Source: Antedon mediterranea
Lineage: Eukaryota; Animalia; Echinodermata
DNA: 64,000 nucleotides
Assembly (NCBI RefSeq): GCF_964355755.1
Contig: NC_092673.1
Span: 31,803,648-31,867,647, forward strand
Direction: 5' to 3'
A model generated the notes under the pieces. It made no database searches. It was given only the letters and a program-made list of their open reading frames with translations, and had not been told where the DNA came from. Position 1 is the stretch's first letter. Every line of letters begins with the position of its first letter. This document shows, piece after piece, positions 37,901 to 51,600 of the stretch. The translations under genes and the position numbers were made by a program.

Positions 37901-40900
37901 TTTTTCTGACTTATTACTCGGACTGTGTCGTCATACCTAACACATACACACGTCACACACCCACACAGCTACTACTAGAATAGACATACATGGGTTTAGA
38001 GACTAATAATTAGGCCTAATAGTATTAATAGAAACTATAATTTTAACACGTAATTCTTTAGCAATAAATTATATTAAAAACACCATAAACTAAAGGCTGA
38101 TTATTTCGACAATCCACACAAAACGCCGCTATTCTTTTATGAAATCCCACGCGGCAACCACAGCGGAGATAGGCCTAGAATCGTACCGCACTTGTGTAAT
38201 CACTTCTTGTTACTATACGCTTGGGTGCACACGGAACAAGAAAATTTAACTGATGAATTATTCATGTTTATTTTGTGACGTTTCATGAGGGGGTCCCCAA
38301 CTTATGTACGAAAAAAAAAATCGCGGCCGGGCGACTAAACACCGTATCCATCCAGCAGTCATCACTACTAAAAAGGCCTAGGCCTAGCTAGCTAACCGTT
38401 TCTTCAAAACGATGTTAACACCCGTGTTAACAAGACGATGTGGACGAATTTCCATCAATTTCAGTTAATTACAACGAAATAATAATAAAATGAATGTTTC
38501 AATAATACACGTGTATAATAAATAGTGAAATAAACATCGGTCGAGAGAGAGGCCAAGGTGGTCGACTCTGTGATTCTCACGCATGCGCAAAATAACTCCG
38601 TGTACCCAGCAAGATAGGCATTTGGCTATGAATTTCGTAAAAGATGGCCTTGAAAAACGAAATTAAAATCCGTTAAAAAAAAAACTTGGTTGATAATATG
38701 AATTAATTTTATTCGATTAGGCTAACATACTTATCCAAGAATAAAAATATCAAAGCAATAAGTAATTACTACCATGCTTTTGCATCAATCAATGATTTAC
38801 TGCTAAATTCCTATCTCTGTAATACAAAAATAACTTTTAGTGACGTCACAAAAAGTTTTTCACAGGTTTCTCAGGGGCGTTTTGAGGGCGTTGTCGTCCT
38901 CCAAAACATTAAGTATGACTATGGCAAGCTTAAAACTGATTGATCTACACGTTGAGCCAATAAAATGATATTGCTAGGAACCCTTTCATATCCATTTTAA
39001 AGCTAGTGATGTGCCCAAATATGGTAGTGATATTCCCATATATGGGCACTTCACATTTGTTGTCACTTAAAGTTTGATAGTGTAGACAGAGCTTTACTCT
39101 CATTACTCATCCTTTGCTTGGGATATTAAGTTGATCACGGAACCTAGTACTGTTGGTCCATCAGATATATAGCATCATGAGCATTAATGGGTGCTGGTCA
39201 GTATACTGGTACTATCATTATTATATAAAAACTTACTGTATATGGATCAAGAGGTGTCATCTGTTGTGTCAAGGTGGGATTTGTTGGCAGGGGTGACGTC
39301 TGCTTTGGTTTGGTCACGTTTGTGTTTGATTTTGCAAATTCTAATCGTATCGTTTGTGGAATGTCTGGATCAAAACGAACACCCTAAATGTAAAGTAATT
39401 CAGATAAAAAATAAGTGCACAAGATCTAGTAAATAAGTGCAATCATGTACATGGTATAATAGACCTGATAGAAAACGATTAGACATTCCATGTTTTAATA
39501 TGTATTTTACATATATACAGATTTACAATTACAAATCATTCTATCAAATAAATGACCCTTTTCTTGTAATTTGGACAAACTTTTTTTTTTATAAAATAGG
39601 CCTAACTATAGGCACAATTAAAACGATCTAAATTTGCTAATAAATCCACAATTTAATGTTTATTTCAATTTTACTAACTAAAACAGAAATGTGTTAACAC
39701 CAGGGAAGAGTTAAATTGTAATTTAACTCTTCCCTGGTTAACACTAACTGTGAATACTCCTAAAAACTACAGTACACTATGATAAAGAGGCTTATAGTTC
39801 ATTTCTATTAAGACCAAATATTAATGCTAATCACATTTTGTGTTCTTAAAATCAGTCACAAAAGCTGACATTTCCTGAAGCTATCAACAGTAGGGCAGCA
39901 AAGTGGTTGACCTCGCGAATTATTACCAAATCAAAATTTGAATTGCCGCCATCTTGGAATCGCGATAAAGCAAGTAGTGCGGAATTACAAAATGCAGCAA
40001 AAAAAAATTTCAATAACATTTAAATAGCATATTCATACAATTAAATTTATATTAATAAAATTCAACTAAGGATTTTACGAAAGATAGGCTACTTAAGAAA
40101 TACTGCCGCGATCGGTTCCCCCACACGGCGTAGGGTACCGCAGTGCTAAGGGGCCTAGGTAGGAAAAAATCTGATTTTACCTGTTAAACATGCTTGAACC
40201 AAGGCCATTTTAATATATATTATCCAGATTATATATCAAAACAAACTGATAAAAGGATTTGTTGATTTGCTTCTGATGAGAAAAGTGCCGGATTCATTTC
40301 GCTGACGGCGAATGAATACACGAATTCTCGCCATTTTCTAGCACTAGCCTTGGGTACCCAGACAGCTGATAACGATTATATTCGATTGTCCAGACGTCTC
40401 TGCTACTGGTGCTCAATACTACAGTATGTATTACCATGGACCTATAGGTCCATGGTATTACTGTACATATAGCACTGTATGTTTAGTTTTTGCTTTCTTT
40501 ATGGCAAAATAAATATTTAATTTTTATTATTGCTTATTTTGCTTTAACTTTATCCAAGAAGAAGTAAATATTATTATATATATGCATATTACAGTCAAGT
40601 TGCAACTGCCACGAATCCACTCCACTTTGGTTACTAACTAAATAATTAATAGTATAAACATCATAACTAACAAACAAATTAACAAGTTAATAAATTAACC
40701 ACCATTAAATAATTTTATTTACAAAAAAGTATTTTACATACAGTATAACATGTAATATCTTATTTACATCGAAGTAAAATATGCCTATCAAACTATCTTG
40801 CTCAGGCTAAAATATCAAGTTATATATGTCAATATTTGAGTTAAATCATCGCGATAATAAAAAGACATCTGTTACGTACATCAATTTACAAATATCAAAA

Positions 40901-43900
40901 TAGGATTGTTTTTGCAGCACAAGATGAATCACAAGTCAGATAGTTTATTCTTAGAAACCTGAAAGAAAAAAAAAACACCAATAATGAGCTATTCATAGTT
41001 AAATAATTTTAATGTCAACTTTAGTCATCCTAAATTTTGTCGCCATGATCACTACTATACACAATACTGTATATATAAATATCATATGTACGACCATCCA
41101 AATTACCTCATCCTACCTACAGTCCTTCCTAGCCTAGGCCTAGGCTACATTATTGTCATATATTTACAAACCTCCAACAGCCACAACGTATTTTCTTTTC
41201 TTTGGCAAAGAATTTCCCGTAATATAGTCCTAAATTGATTAAATAAATCAAAAGGTCTAGGCCTAGGCCTTTCTTTAAATATCCGACGATATATATCCAT
41301 AATCCAGTGGATATAGATTCAACATTTTAAACATAATAATAATATGGCTTCACATTGATTATAATAAGTCGGCGATATGCCACTAAAAACTAGCCTGCGG
41401 CCCTCTCTATCCGCCTACAAATAGCACTGGGTTTCCGTCAAATGGGCTAGGCCTAGCCTAGGCCTAGATAATACTACAAGTTGGGTACATTTTTTTACAA
41501 CCAAATAATCTACAATTATATTGCAATATTTACCAAACTAGCACCAAATCAAAAATAATAAAGCTACTAATAACATATTTTGGTATATTAACTGGTTTAA
41601 AAACGGATTGCACATAGTGATTTTGAAGGATTGAAATTACTCAACCACACGGCCTGTACTAAACATACGAATCCAAGATGGAGTCTGCTTAGAATATATC
41701 CCCAGCTTTGAACGGATATTGAATCCGTCCCACAAGCTGAACCAAGCTTAAACTTTCAGAAAAGATAGATTAATAACCTAATAACCAACCACTAAGTTTT
41801 TATAAAGGTTCCGTGCTGATGAGAAAAGTGCCGGATTCCCTACGAAACCAAACAAATAAATCATGTAGCCTACCTCAACGAACACCTCCATCAGCACTTT
41901 TTTCTTCAATAAGCTCTGTCGTCCTTTCCTGGGCTATTTATACCAAAATTTTGTGGCGGGAATAATCTTCCATATTAGGAGTAACAATTTCCAAATATAG
42001 AAAGATATAATTTAACCCGGATGGTGGAAATTGCAGCAGATTTGTAAGGGTATTCCCATGCAAAATGCTTGCCGCGAAGTGAAAAGCGAACCGGAAGTCA
42101 CTATAACTTGGCGATGCTCAGTGACCTGCGCAGTTAAAAAACAGCGTTTTAACGGTTAAATGAGCACTTTGCTGCTCGACTGTCAAAACCATCTCACATT
42201 TAACGGTTGAAAATAATAAGCTGTTATAACACATATCTGTACAAAAGAGATGTCTGTTTCACGACCTACGTAAACATAGCTTAAGGCTTATGCCATATTT
42301 AGCGACAACTAACAAGACTCCACCGATAAGTTTTTAATAGAGAATGCATCTATATATAAATTTACGTAAGGGCAAAATTCGGTAAATCGCGCCTTACTTC
42401 TATAGAATGTTTACTCGATGGTATATAAAGTTGGTTAGAATCTCGGTACTGATTTTAACCGCCTAATGTAACCCTGTTTACTAATTAAATTGAGTTAGAT
42501 AATTAGTTATTGACGATTAAAACGAATTTAGGTTCAACGATTTGCCCCAAATAGGGGTGTTTTTCGATCGTGGTATACACTGTCTAATGGATGTCCGTCT
42601 TGAAAAATACCCGCAGACAATAATACGAGGATGCTTCGCATTTTCCTATCTCCTCCTACGATAATTTTTTTTAATGGCTGAAAACCGGTTGAACAGCTCG
42701 AGTACAGCATCATAATGTTGAAGACCTAGGCCGCTTTTCTTTAAAAAATACTATTTTGATAGATTTAATATACGTTTATACAAATGTATTGATTTGCGAT
42801 GAATGGAACATTCCAATCTCTGTTCCACAAGTGTCTATTCCCTCAGGCGTCGTAAAGGCAAGTACTGTATACTCATAACAGAAATTCGATCCATTTTTTG
42901 TTCAATGTGCTGCAGAGGTTGGATATAATTTTTTTTTAACGGATAATGAGCTAGCGTTTTCAGTCGCCGTATATTATGTACAAATCTTTATTATTGCATT
43001 TAAACCACCCACATCATCACCCTTCCCTCACTGGCATGAGTAGCGTTGTAAAGCCAGTAGAGGATAGGCCTACGGTGCATCAAATCCCCTAAACGCAGAA
43101 CAACTTTGGTGGGTAGGGTAGGAACCAACTTAAGTATGAATTGGCTCTAAGAAACAATTGAAAACCATTAGGCCTACTAATAAAGTTGAGTTAGATAATT
43201 TAATTTTATTGACGATTAAATCGATTTTATGATTTTCCCCGAATAGAGGTGGTTTTCACAAATTGTTTTACATTATATAAACATACACGTCGTAGTGATG
43301 TATCGTTACATGTACTGTACTATTTCAATCGACTAGGACGGTGATAGTTTCAACAAAGTGTTACATAGCAATGTTTTACTGTGTTTAGTGATATATTATT
43401 TGTAAAACATGAAAACAATTAATATTTCGTTACTAAATGGATAAAGAATATATTTAATATATTTAAAAATTGTTTCTCTTTGCACCCACCCTTCCCCATC
43501 CCTCACCCCTAATGTTACATACAAAACACAAATTAAGTTTAAATTTGACTTAAACAATTGGTCTCATTTTGTGACAAGTTTCTCTTTCGGAAGTAATTCT
43601 CAGGGTGCTAATTTTAGTTGAGTACATAAATCAGTGTCTATTTATTCGTTCCTGTAAACGACATGTATTATTGTACGTACATTTGAAATCGCCAGTTTTT
43701 TAACGCTGAAATTATTATGTATTCGAGAACCATCTGTGGGCACGACCTAGATGGTACGCGAGCGAAGCGAGCGTACCATCTAGTTCTTTTAATTACAGTA
43801 GTTCAAAGGGTCAAAGGTGAAAATATATAACATTATCTGTTACATCTTAAGGGAAATGAATAAAAAAGAATTATTGTATTTTTTTAAATATGTCGTCATT

Positions 43901-44273
43901 AATTTTTTGCAAAACAATGTGTTGCTTGTAGTTACTATCACTCCAAGCACTTGCATTTCCATAAACTCCAAGACTTGTTTTATATTGTATAAGTTAGTTT
44001 CAAATCGGAACGTCCCTAGCATATCATACCAGAGTATCAGTTAAATGCATTTTTTTACTTTTTACATTACATCATCGTTTACAAATTTATGTCTAAATTA
44101 TATTCTAGCATTTTGTTGTTGTTTTCATCGCTATTGGTTGTAACTGAATAAAATAAAATAGATAAAAAAATATATGGTTGTATCATAAATAATGTAATAT
44201 TGATACTGACCTGTAGTGCTTGTTTTGCTGATTCTGCACAAGCATTGCTTTCAAAAGTTACAAATCCTACGGG
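34988..44273 (-). CDS. RBPMS: RBPMS/couch potato-like RRM protein, partial (exons 44273-44211, 39383-39237, probable 35024-34988)
   Basis: A 63 nt exon [21 protein letters not shown] splices in phase 0 to [27 protein letters not shown], the C-terminal half of the RBPMS RRM. A 37 nt exon reads [12 protein letters not shown]. The 5' exons were not found in the window. Confidence 0.8.
35774..35790. other. 17 bp palindromic insert with 7 bp TSD (putative P-type excision footprint)
   Basis: GCCTACA|CATGGAGTTACTCCATG|GCCTACA. Confidence 0.7.
37392..38324. mobile_element. MULE-type MITE with ~140 bp TIRs
   Basis: GCGATTTTTTTTTCGTACATAAGTTGGGGACCCC.. inverted at the far end; 9 bp TSD GGCCGGGCG (37383-91, 38325-33). 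Confidence 0.9.
37652..37679. other. 28 bp perfect palindrome with 7 bp TSD (putative P-type footprint)
   Basis: ATTAAAC|CAGGGAGTTGTAAATTTACAACTCCCTG|ATTAAAC. Confidence 0.75.
39701..39736. other. 36 bp palindrome (17+2+17) with 8 bp TSD (putative P-type footprint)
   Basis: GTTAACAC|CAGGGAAGAGTTAAATT-GT-AATTTAACTCTTCCCTG|GTTAACAC. Confidence 0.78.
40435..40454. other. 20 bp perfect palindrome with 7 bp TSD (putative P-type footprint)
   Basis: GTATTAC|CATGGACCTATAGGTCCATG|GTATTAC. Confidence 0.72.
43747..43783 (+). mobile_element. Helitron/Helentron-like 3' terminal hairpin
   Basis: CTAGATGGTACGC-GAGCGAAGCGA-GCGTACCATCTAG followed by TT; near-identical inverted copy at 62890-62926. Confidence 0.6.
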
Positions 44274-44879
44274 CTATAAAATAAATAGAAAATGTTACAC
44301 TTTGCTTTGTACATTGCAACACTAATTTTCACTTGATTAAAAATTCATATATATGATATTTATAATGTATTACAACCCGACATATTTTGTCTAGACTGTC
44401 TTCACTTTATATTCACATCAACTTTACTTTCCTAGTATTACTAAAGAAGATGGTTATAACAAAAGAACCAAAACGTTAAGATATTCTCGGTTTTCTTGTG
44501 TTCGGGAAAAACCACAAACCTTACTCTACTTTAATGCATATTATTACTATTATTTCAATCTTTTATATATAGATACAAATATTATATATAATTTATATAA
44601 CATGATATAGTATTTTGATGATTTCAAACTGGAATTTATTATGTTGCACTTTCAGACCTTTCCAAAAAGTAAACGATACTTTACTTGCTGCCCTCTGGAG
44701 AAAGAGTATGTAAGTATTGCTTATTTGGACAATACTGGTCGAATTCAATTTTTAATATATTATTTCAGACAAAATAACAACAAAATTATCTTCAAGATTA
44801 TTAATTTTGTCATTCCTTTTCTATTTTTCAACAAATGTCTTTTTCCCCCATTATTTAACTGTTAGTAAATATTGTATTG

Positions 44880-46645
44880 TAAATACAATCGTTTTTATCA
44901 ACTATCTTTCGCAGGAGTTAAAAATATTGTAATTTTTATGACGTCATCATGTCTAAAAATGTAAATAACATGGGTCATTTATTTTCATCTTTACAGTAAA
45001 TTTCAATCCGTTATATCTCGTCAGAATAAAAAGTGATAATCATGATTTAAACGTTTTCTTGAAGTCATTGGATTGTAGATACCAATTCACGTAAATATTT
45101 TGCCAATCAGATGTTGTGATGTCATCATATAATGGCCAATTGAATAAAAAAAGTTGTATTTTCATATTTTGAGTCATAGTTCATGACATTTAAAAGAGCG
45201 CGCATCCATATTCTACGTTTCCAAATTTCTTCAACGCGTTATTTTGTTGTTGCTCAGATAATTCCCTTCCAAAATTGTTATCTACGTGTTTAGTTTTGAT
45301 GACGTCATCATGTTAAAAATTAGATTAAAAGATGGGTCTCAAAATGTCATCTATGCTACACTGTATATAACATACAGTGTATTCTGTTATAATACCGCAA
45401 TGATATAGGTACAATTCAGCACTGTAAACATATTTAATTCATGTCATAGGATGGCATAATAATTCTCGACGTTCATAATAGTTTAACGTACGTGCATGTT
45501 GCGTTTCCTAGTTCTTATGATTCTTCTTTATTTCTCTCTGTACAGATTTTGTGTAACAAATATCTCAAAAAGTTTAATGTTAATGATTACCAAAATTTCA
45601 CAATGTCTTTTAAATACTTTAACTTAGTCCTAATAAGCTTTTCAGAGTGATCACTCATCCGTGACGTCATTTATACGCCATTTTGTGAAATCACATTATC
45701 AATCATATCTCCATAATTCATTATCACATATTAACGAAATTCACTACACGTAAACTTCAGGTCAAGGGTAAAAACATTAGCAAATAAAAACGCACGCGCA
45801 CGTATGGTCATGCGCGTGAAATCGCGCGTTAAAAATTTAAAAAGCTCAAAATTAAGTTTTGATCAATTTAGAGCATGAATTGGGCCATTTGCGTGTTTCA
45901 AAAAATTACTGCGCAAAAACACGTTTTTCCGCGCGCGATACTTAAAAAGCGTAAAAATACGATTTTTTGTACAAATCGCATTCTACTCACCATCCTTAGT
46001 ACATTCACCAAATTTGAGTCAGTTCCGACTTAAAATAACGCTATACAAGCAGGTTAAAAATGACAAAATGCGCAAATTAATTGCATCAAAGTGCTGAAAA
46101 ATGGTGAAAAATAAGGCATTTTTAAAATGAAAATATTTCTTCAGAATGCACGATGACCCCCAAATGTTTTAACTTATTCTGGAAGCCATTGAGTTGTAGA
46201 TATGAATTCATGTACATATTTTACGTACAAAATGTTGTTACGTCATCAAATGGCCACTTGAATTTAAAGTTTTTTTTTCTTTTTAGTCATATTTTATCAC
46301 ATTCAATAGAACGCATCTCTGTTATGTTGTGCCCGATTTTCGCTCAAATTTTAGTATGTGATTGCTCAATTAATTGACTTTCTCAGGACTTGCCACTATT
46401 TTTATTTTGACGACGTCATCATGCGTAAAAACTTGAATAACGTAGGTCGTGTAATTTCACCTTCGCCGTAAATTTGAATATCTTACAGCTCTTCAGAATT
46501 GAAGGTTACCTTGATGATTATAATTTATTATGAAAGCTGAGGAAATGTAGATATGAATTCATATACAAATCAAGCCTATCGGATGTTGTGACGTTAACAT
46601 ATGGCCAGTTGAAGTTAAAAAGTAGTTTTTTCATCTTTTTCATCA
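44880..46645. repeat. Helentron/HINE-like repeat with internal duplicated units (GACGTCATCATG, GTAGATATGAATTCA, ATGGCCA.TTGAA)
   Basis: Units recur at about 44900-45330 and 46150-46640; CCTAGTTCTTATGATTCTTC-type start near 45507. Confidence 0.4.
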
Positions 46646-46651
46646 AAGTTA

Positions 46652-47962
46652 TAAATTCAAATTCAAAATTTTATTAACATTCACCTTAACATCAAGGTAT
46701 GGTTAACAACATTAACAAAACAAAAAAAAAAACAAAAAAAACCCCAAATATATAAAAGAAAAAGCAATAATAAAAGCATTCAATGTTGCATAAAGGTCGC
46801 TCAGTATCAGGTGGAGGCCTGAATAGTCGAGCGCCTTTCAAACGCCGAACATACATATTTCATCACTGGCTTGATGATATCGGGATCATTTGCACCCATA
46901 ATAAATAAAAACTTATCATTTTGTGACATATTTTTTAAGTTTACATTAAAATCTAGATCCGAGAATAATGCCGTTCTGATGTCATCATAAATCTGGCAAT
47001 ATAGCATAAGTGGATCTCATCTTCAATATCGCCGCCTTTACAAAGATTACACAATCTATTGTTTGCATCTGGGGTGGATTGCTATAAAACAGTCTTAACT
47101 GATGGTCTTAACTCCCCGATTAAAGCCGGCTTTATCTGATAGACGGTCTTACTAAAGCCACCCCTGTTAGACCATTGCTATAAAACAGTCTTAGATAAGA
47201 CCGCGTAAAGTAACAAATTGAGGGCGTACTTTTCACGTAGAATACCAAATAAGGTAATGTTCGTCATGCTTGTTCAATTCACAATTTATTAGTACGTACA
47301 TTTCTACGCAAGAAAATCTATTCTAGGGCTATATAAGAATAAAATCACCGTTATTATTTGATTTAACACTTAAAACTCGTTCTAATGGTTGTCTTTAACG
47401 ATAAATAATACGTAAAAGAAAAAAAAAAGAGAGGTTTAAGACTGTTTTAAGACTCCTTCGAGTAGGCTTTAATTTTAAAGACCGTTTACAGGTTAGACCG
47501 CGGTAAAGCAATGGTCTATAATGTAAGACTACTTGCTACGTCACAAATTATAGCCGGCTAAGCGCTAAGACCGGTTATAGACCGCTTATATCAATCCGCC
47601 CCTGTTTTGGGGATTGTGTAGCGACCTCTCTCGATTTCGAGAGCATGCGCACTTAGTCTTAGCTTGCCAAACTGACATCTTTTATTTCTTTTATATAATA
47701 ACGTATAATTCTCTATACAGAAGGGATTTTTATATGTACAAAAGGATTGTAATTTAGGTTGATGGTTTTGTATCATATTAAGCCATTGGTTATCATACTT
47801 TTTTTGTATTTTTGATAAAATATGTAAGTTAAAATTAATGTTTACATTACAAGGCCTTTGCCAGATATGTGTTGCCTCGATAGATTCCAGAACACGTCGT
47901 ATTCCAGAGGCCTTTTTGGCATGCATACTGTGTGTCTAATTTTCTATTCTCCAAAAGGGCAT
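46652..47962 (-). mobile_element. 3' fragment of a non-LTR retrotransposon (L2/CR1-like ORF2 C-terminus and tail)
   Basis: KLRLSAHALEIERGRY..(MITE)..RLCNLC..IEDEIH..C..YDDIR; AATAAA plus a (TTTGAA)n tail at about 46652-46675. Confidence 0.8.
47072..47601. mobile_element. PIF/Harbinger-type MITE inside the LINE
   Basis: GGG(T/C)GGATTG termini and 3 bp TSD CTG; removing it restores PKT-DANNRLC. Confidence 0.85.
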
Positions 47963-48150
47963 TGTCATATTATTGATGTTGTGATTCTCTGTGTTTAGAG
48001 AAGGATGCTTTAGACCAGGTCCGCCTTATTATTAGCCAATCAAAATTGTATAATTTTTGGAGGGAAAATGTTATCCTCCTCTGAAGCCTAAAATTTGCAT
48101 GTCCAGTATAAAAGTGGAATGTAATAGATATTAAGGGAGAAGAGAGTATC

Positions 48151-48183
48151 AAGAAGAAGAAGAAGAAGAAGAAGAAGAAGAAG

Positions 48184-48213
<30 letters not shown>
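48151..48213. repeat. (AAG)21 microsatellite at the break in the 5' LTR
   Basis: Direct reading. Confidence 0.95.
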
Positions 48214-48214
<1 letters not shown>

Positions 48215-48674
48215 GACAGTGCCTACTCTACGGGCCTGTTAAATTAGTAACCAAAAAGTTAAATGGTTACGAAGATCTGGATTCCTGACAGTTTTTATAC
48301 CGTACCGTGCGTTGTTTGGATATTACAACGAAGAAGAAGTACTGTTGAGCTCAAGACTGTTGGATATTCATCAGAGAGATATATATTCACCGGGATCTGA
48401 AAGAAGAAGACTGAAGTAACAGAAGGAAGCCCAGTAAATTTTGAGAAGATTTGCAAAGCTGACTTTTGTAAACTATTTTTATTTCGAAAGTAAATTTTTG
48501 TACGGAGCGAACTTGGAACGTTGTTTGTGACTTTGAAGTAAATCAATGTCTTATATATGTATGTGGATTTCATATTTTTTACATATCTGAATGGAATCAA
48601 GGTAATACAAATACTTTTATAACATATTTTGTATACATAAGTTTACATATTTCATTAGTAAAATTGTTATTAGC

Positions 48675-51600
48675 ATGACAACTTTAAGATCGGGTAAAAA
48701 TATAGATAAGACTATGTCAGAAAAAGATACTAGGGAAGATATGGTTGACCAAGAAGAGGTTGACCAAGTCAATGAAATGTATGATAACATGGCTAGGGAT
48801 ATTGATTTGCCCGAAATACCCAGCGGTATGCCTAAAGATATGATGCTCAAATATTTTCGAATGAAGTTCGAGGCCGAGGCCGAAAACAAAAAGTTAGAAT
48901 TACAATACCAACAAGACCAATTAAGATTAGAAGCAGATATAGAGCAAAAGAAAATAGATATAGAGCAAAGAAAAATTGAATCACAAGAAAGAGTGAAAAT
49001 GATGGAATTAGAAATTAGGTCTAGCTACAGTAATGCTAGGAATATAGTAGATGAAATGAAGGAATCAGATGATATTGATATATATTTTAGAACATTTGAA
49101 CTTGGCAGAAGCCACAGGTTGGGATAAGAATACGTGGTCCGCTAGGTTAGCACCTGAACTGTCTGGTAAAGCTAGGACAGCATATGCATCCTTAACCGTA
49201 AAAGAATGTGTAGATTATGATACCTTAAAGAAGGCAATCTTAGAAAAGTATGATGTGTCCGCAGAGACCTACAGATTTAAATTTAGAAATTCAAACAGAG
49301 TTAAAGATATGTCCATCAGGGAATGGCTGAATGAGCTCTCCCATTATTTAAAATGTTGGATGAAATGTGCTAATGTAAAAGAAGATGATGATGCAGGCAT
49401 TATTGAAATGATTATAATGGAACAGGCACTTGATAAAATGCCTGAAGATCTGAGGCTTTATCTTAGAGATAAACAAGTAAATAAGAGCTATGATATGGCT
49501 ATGATAGCCGATGATTATATAGCTAATACAGGTGGCCGTGGCTATTGGAATGCCGTAAATTCTGAAAATAAGCCTACGTATTATAAGGGCCAAGAAAATA
49601 GTAAACCTAAGAATAGTACGACTCAGAATAACCCTGGAGCTAGGCAGCAAGGATACAATAGGTATCGCGGAAGGGGAGGCAAATTCCATAACTATGGTAG
49701 AAATTTCCAACAGAGAGAACCTTCAAATGAATGGATTAATGGCCTATGCTTCAATTGTAAGGAGAAGGGACATAAGATAGGGGATTGTCCTAAGATGGTA
49801 GCAAAAGGAAAGACTAGTGACACTAAGAAGGGCCCAAATGTGAAAGATGGCTTAAGATGTGAAGAAATAAAATCAGATAGACCCCAAGTAGTTATGGATA
49901 GTGTAGAAAATAAAATGGAGAAGTGTACAATACCAGGAAAATTAGAAGGACAGGATATAACTATGCTTAGAGACTCGGGATGTACCCAGTCAGCTGTTAA
50001 GGAAAGTCTAGTGCCTAACAAATGTTACTTGCCAGGAAAATGGGTTACGTTAAGAGGTATAGGAAGCGATATTACCGTCCCCTTAGCTGAGGTAGCTATA
50101 GAAAGTAAGATAGTGACAGGAAAAGTGATTGTAGCCGTAATCGAAGGATTACAGAGGGACATGTTATTGGGTCATGATTTGGACCAGAATTGTGGGGAAA
50201 CAATGGCTAAAGAAATGTTCGTCCTAACTAGGGAGCAAGCCAGAATAGAAAATGATGTTAGAATACAAGACGAAATGATATTGTTAGGGAAAGATAGTAA
50301 CTTTAAGCCGATAGAAGAGCCGCCTAAAGAAACTAATGTACAATTGTTGAAAAAAGTAGTAAATGACAACAATAAAACTAAGTGTTTAGATGATATGAAT
50401 GGAACAGAAATGAATAATTTGTTTGACGAAAATGAGGATAAAACTAAAGATAAAACAGTCAAACTTAAAACTTATGAACAACAGCACAAGCTGAACCTAA
50501 CTAAACAAGAACTGATCAAATTGCAAACTAAGGATGACTCGCTCAAAGGAGTGTTTGACAGGGTAGTCCCTATAGAAGAAATAGGTCAGCATAGGGTATG
50601 TTTCTTTATGAGACAAGGTATATTGATGAGAAATTGGAGTAGTATTAAAGATAAGAATAACCAAGTGGAACAGATTGTATTACCCACTCAGTGTAGACAG
50701 GGTGTATTACACTTAGGTCATAATGTGCCATTTGCAGGTCACATGGGTGTTGAGAAAACTAAAAGTAGGGTCCTGAACCAATTCTATTGGCCAGGTATAT
50801 TTAAAGATGTGGTAGTCTATTGTAAAGTCTGTAAGGAATGCCAAAAGGTAGATAAGGGTAAAAGTAAAAGGAAACATACTTTGATACCATTACCGATTAT
50901 AAGTACACCATTTAAACGTATAGCGATAGACATTGTTGGACCCTTATCTAGAACAAGCGTTAATAACAAATATATGCTTACTATAATTGACTATGCTACG
51001 AGATATCCGGATGCTATCCCGTTACCCAATGTTAGAGCTGAAACAGTAGCCAGGGCTCTAATAGAAGTCTTTACTAGAGTAGGATTACCTAAAGAGATTG
51101 TACAGTACATGATCAAGAAACTAATTTCATGTCTTCAATTATGCAATCTATATTTAGTATGTTGGGGATTAATCAATTAAAGACTACAGTGTACCACCCC
51201 CAAAGCAATGGGCTTGTTGAAAGATTTCACGGTACATTGAAAAATATGATAAGGACACTTACAGTTAAGCAAAGAAAAAATTGGGATAACTACAAACCCC
51301 CCTTTCTGTTTGCATACAGAGAAGTTCCTAGTAAAGCGACGGGCCATTCACCTTTTAAATTGCTTTATGGTAGAGAGGTGAGGGGACCCTTGAGTTTACT
51401 CAAAAGTAATTGGGTAGAAGATGAAGAAACATCTACTGATGTTATCAAATACATGTTAGACATAAGAGAAAAAATGGAGGAATTAATGAAAGATGCTAAT
51501 GTAAACAAACTTGAACAACAAGAAATTATGTCCCACAATTATGACAAGAATGCTATTGATAGAGAATTTGTAGAAGGGGACAAAGTGTTGATATTCCTTC

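Noticed and set aside
40274-41850. Two CTGATGAGAAAAGTGCCGGATTC copies as hammerheads
   Set aside because: No stem II closing onto GAAA and no stems I or III; just a 23 bp direct repeat.
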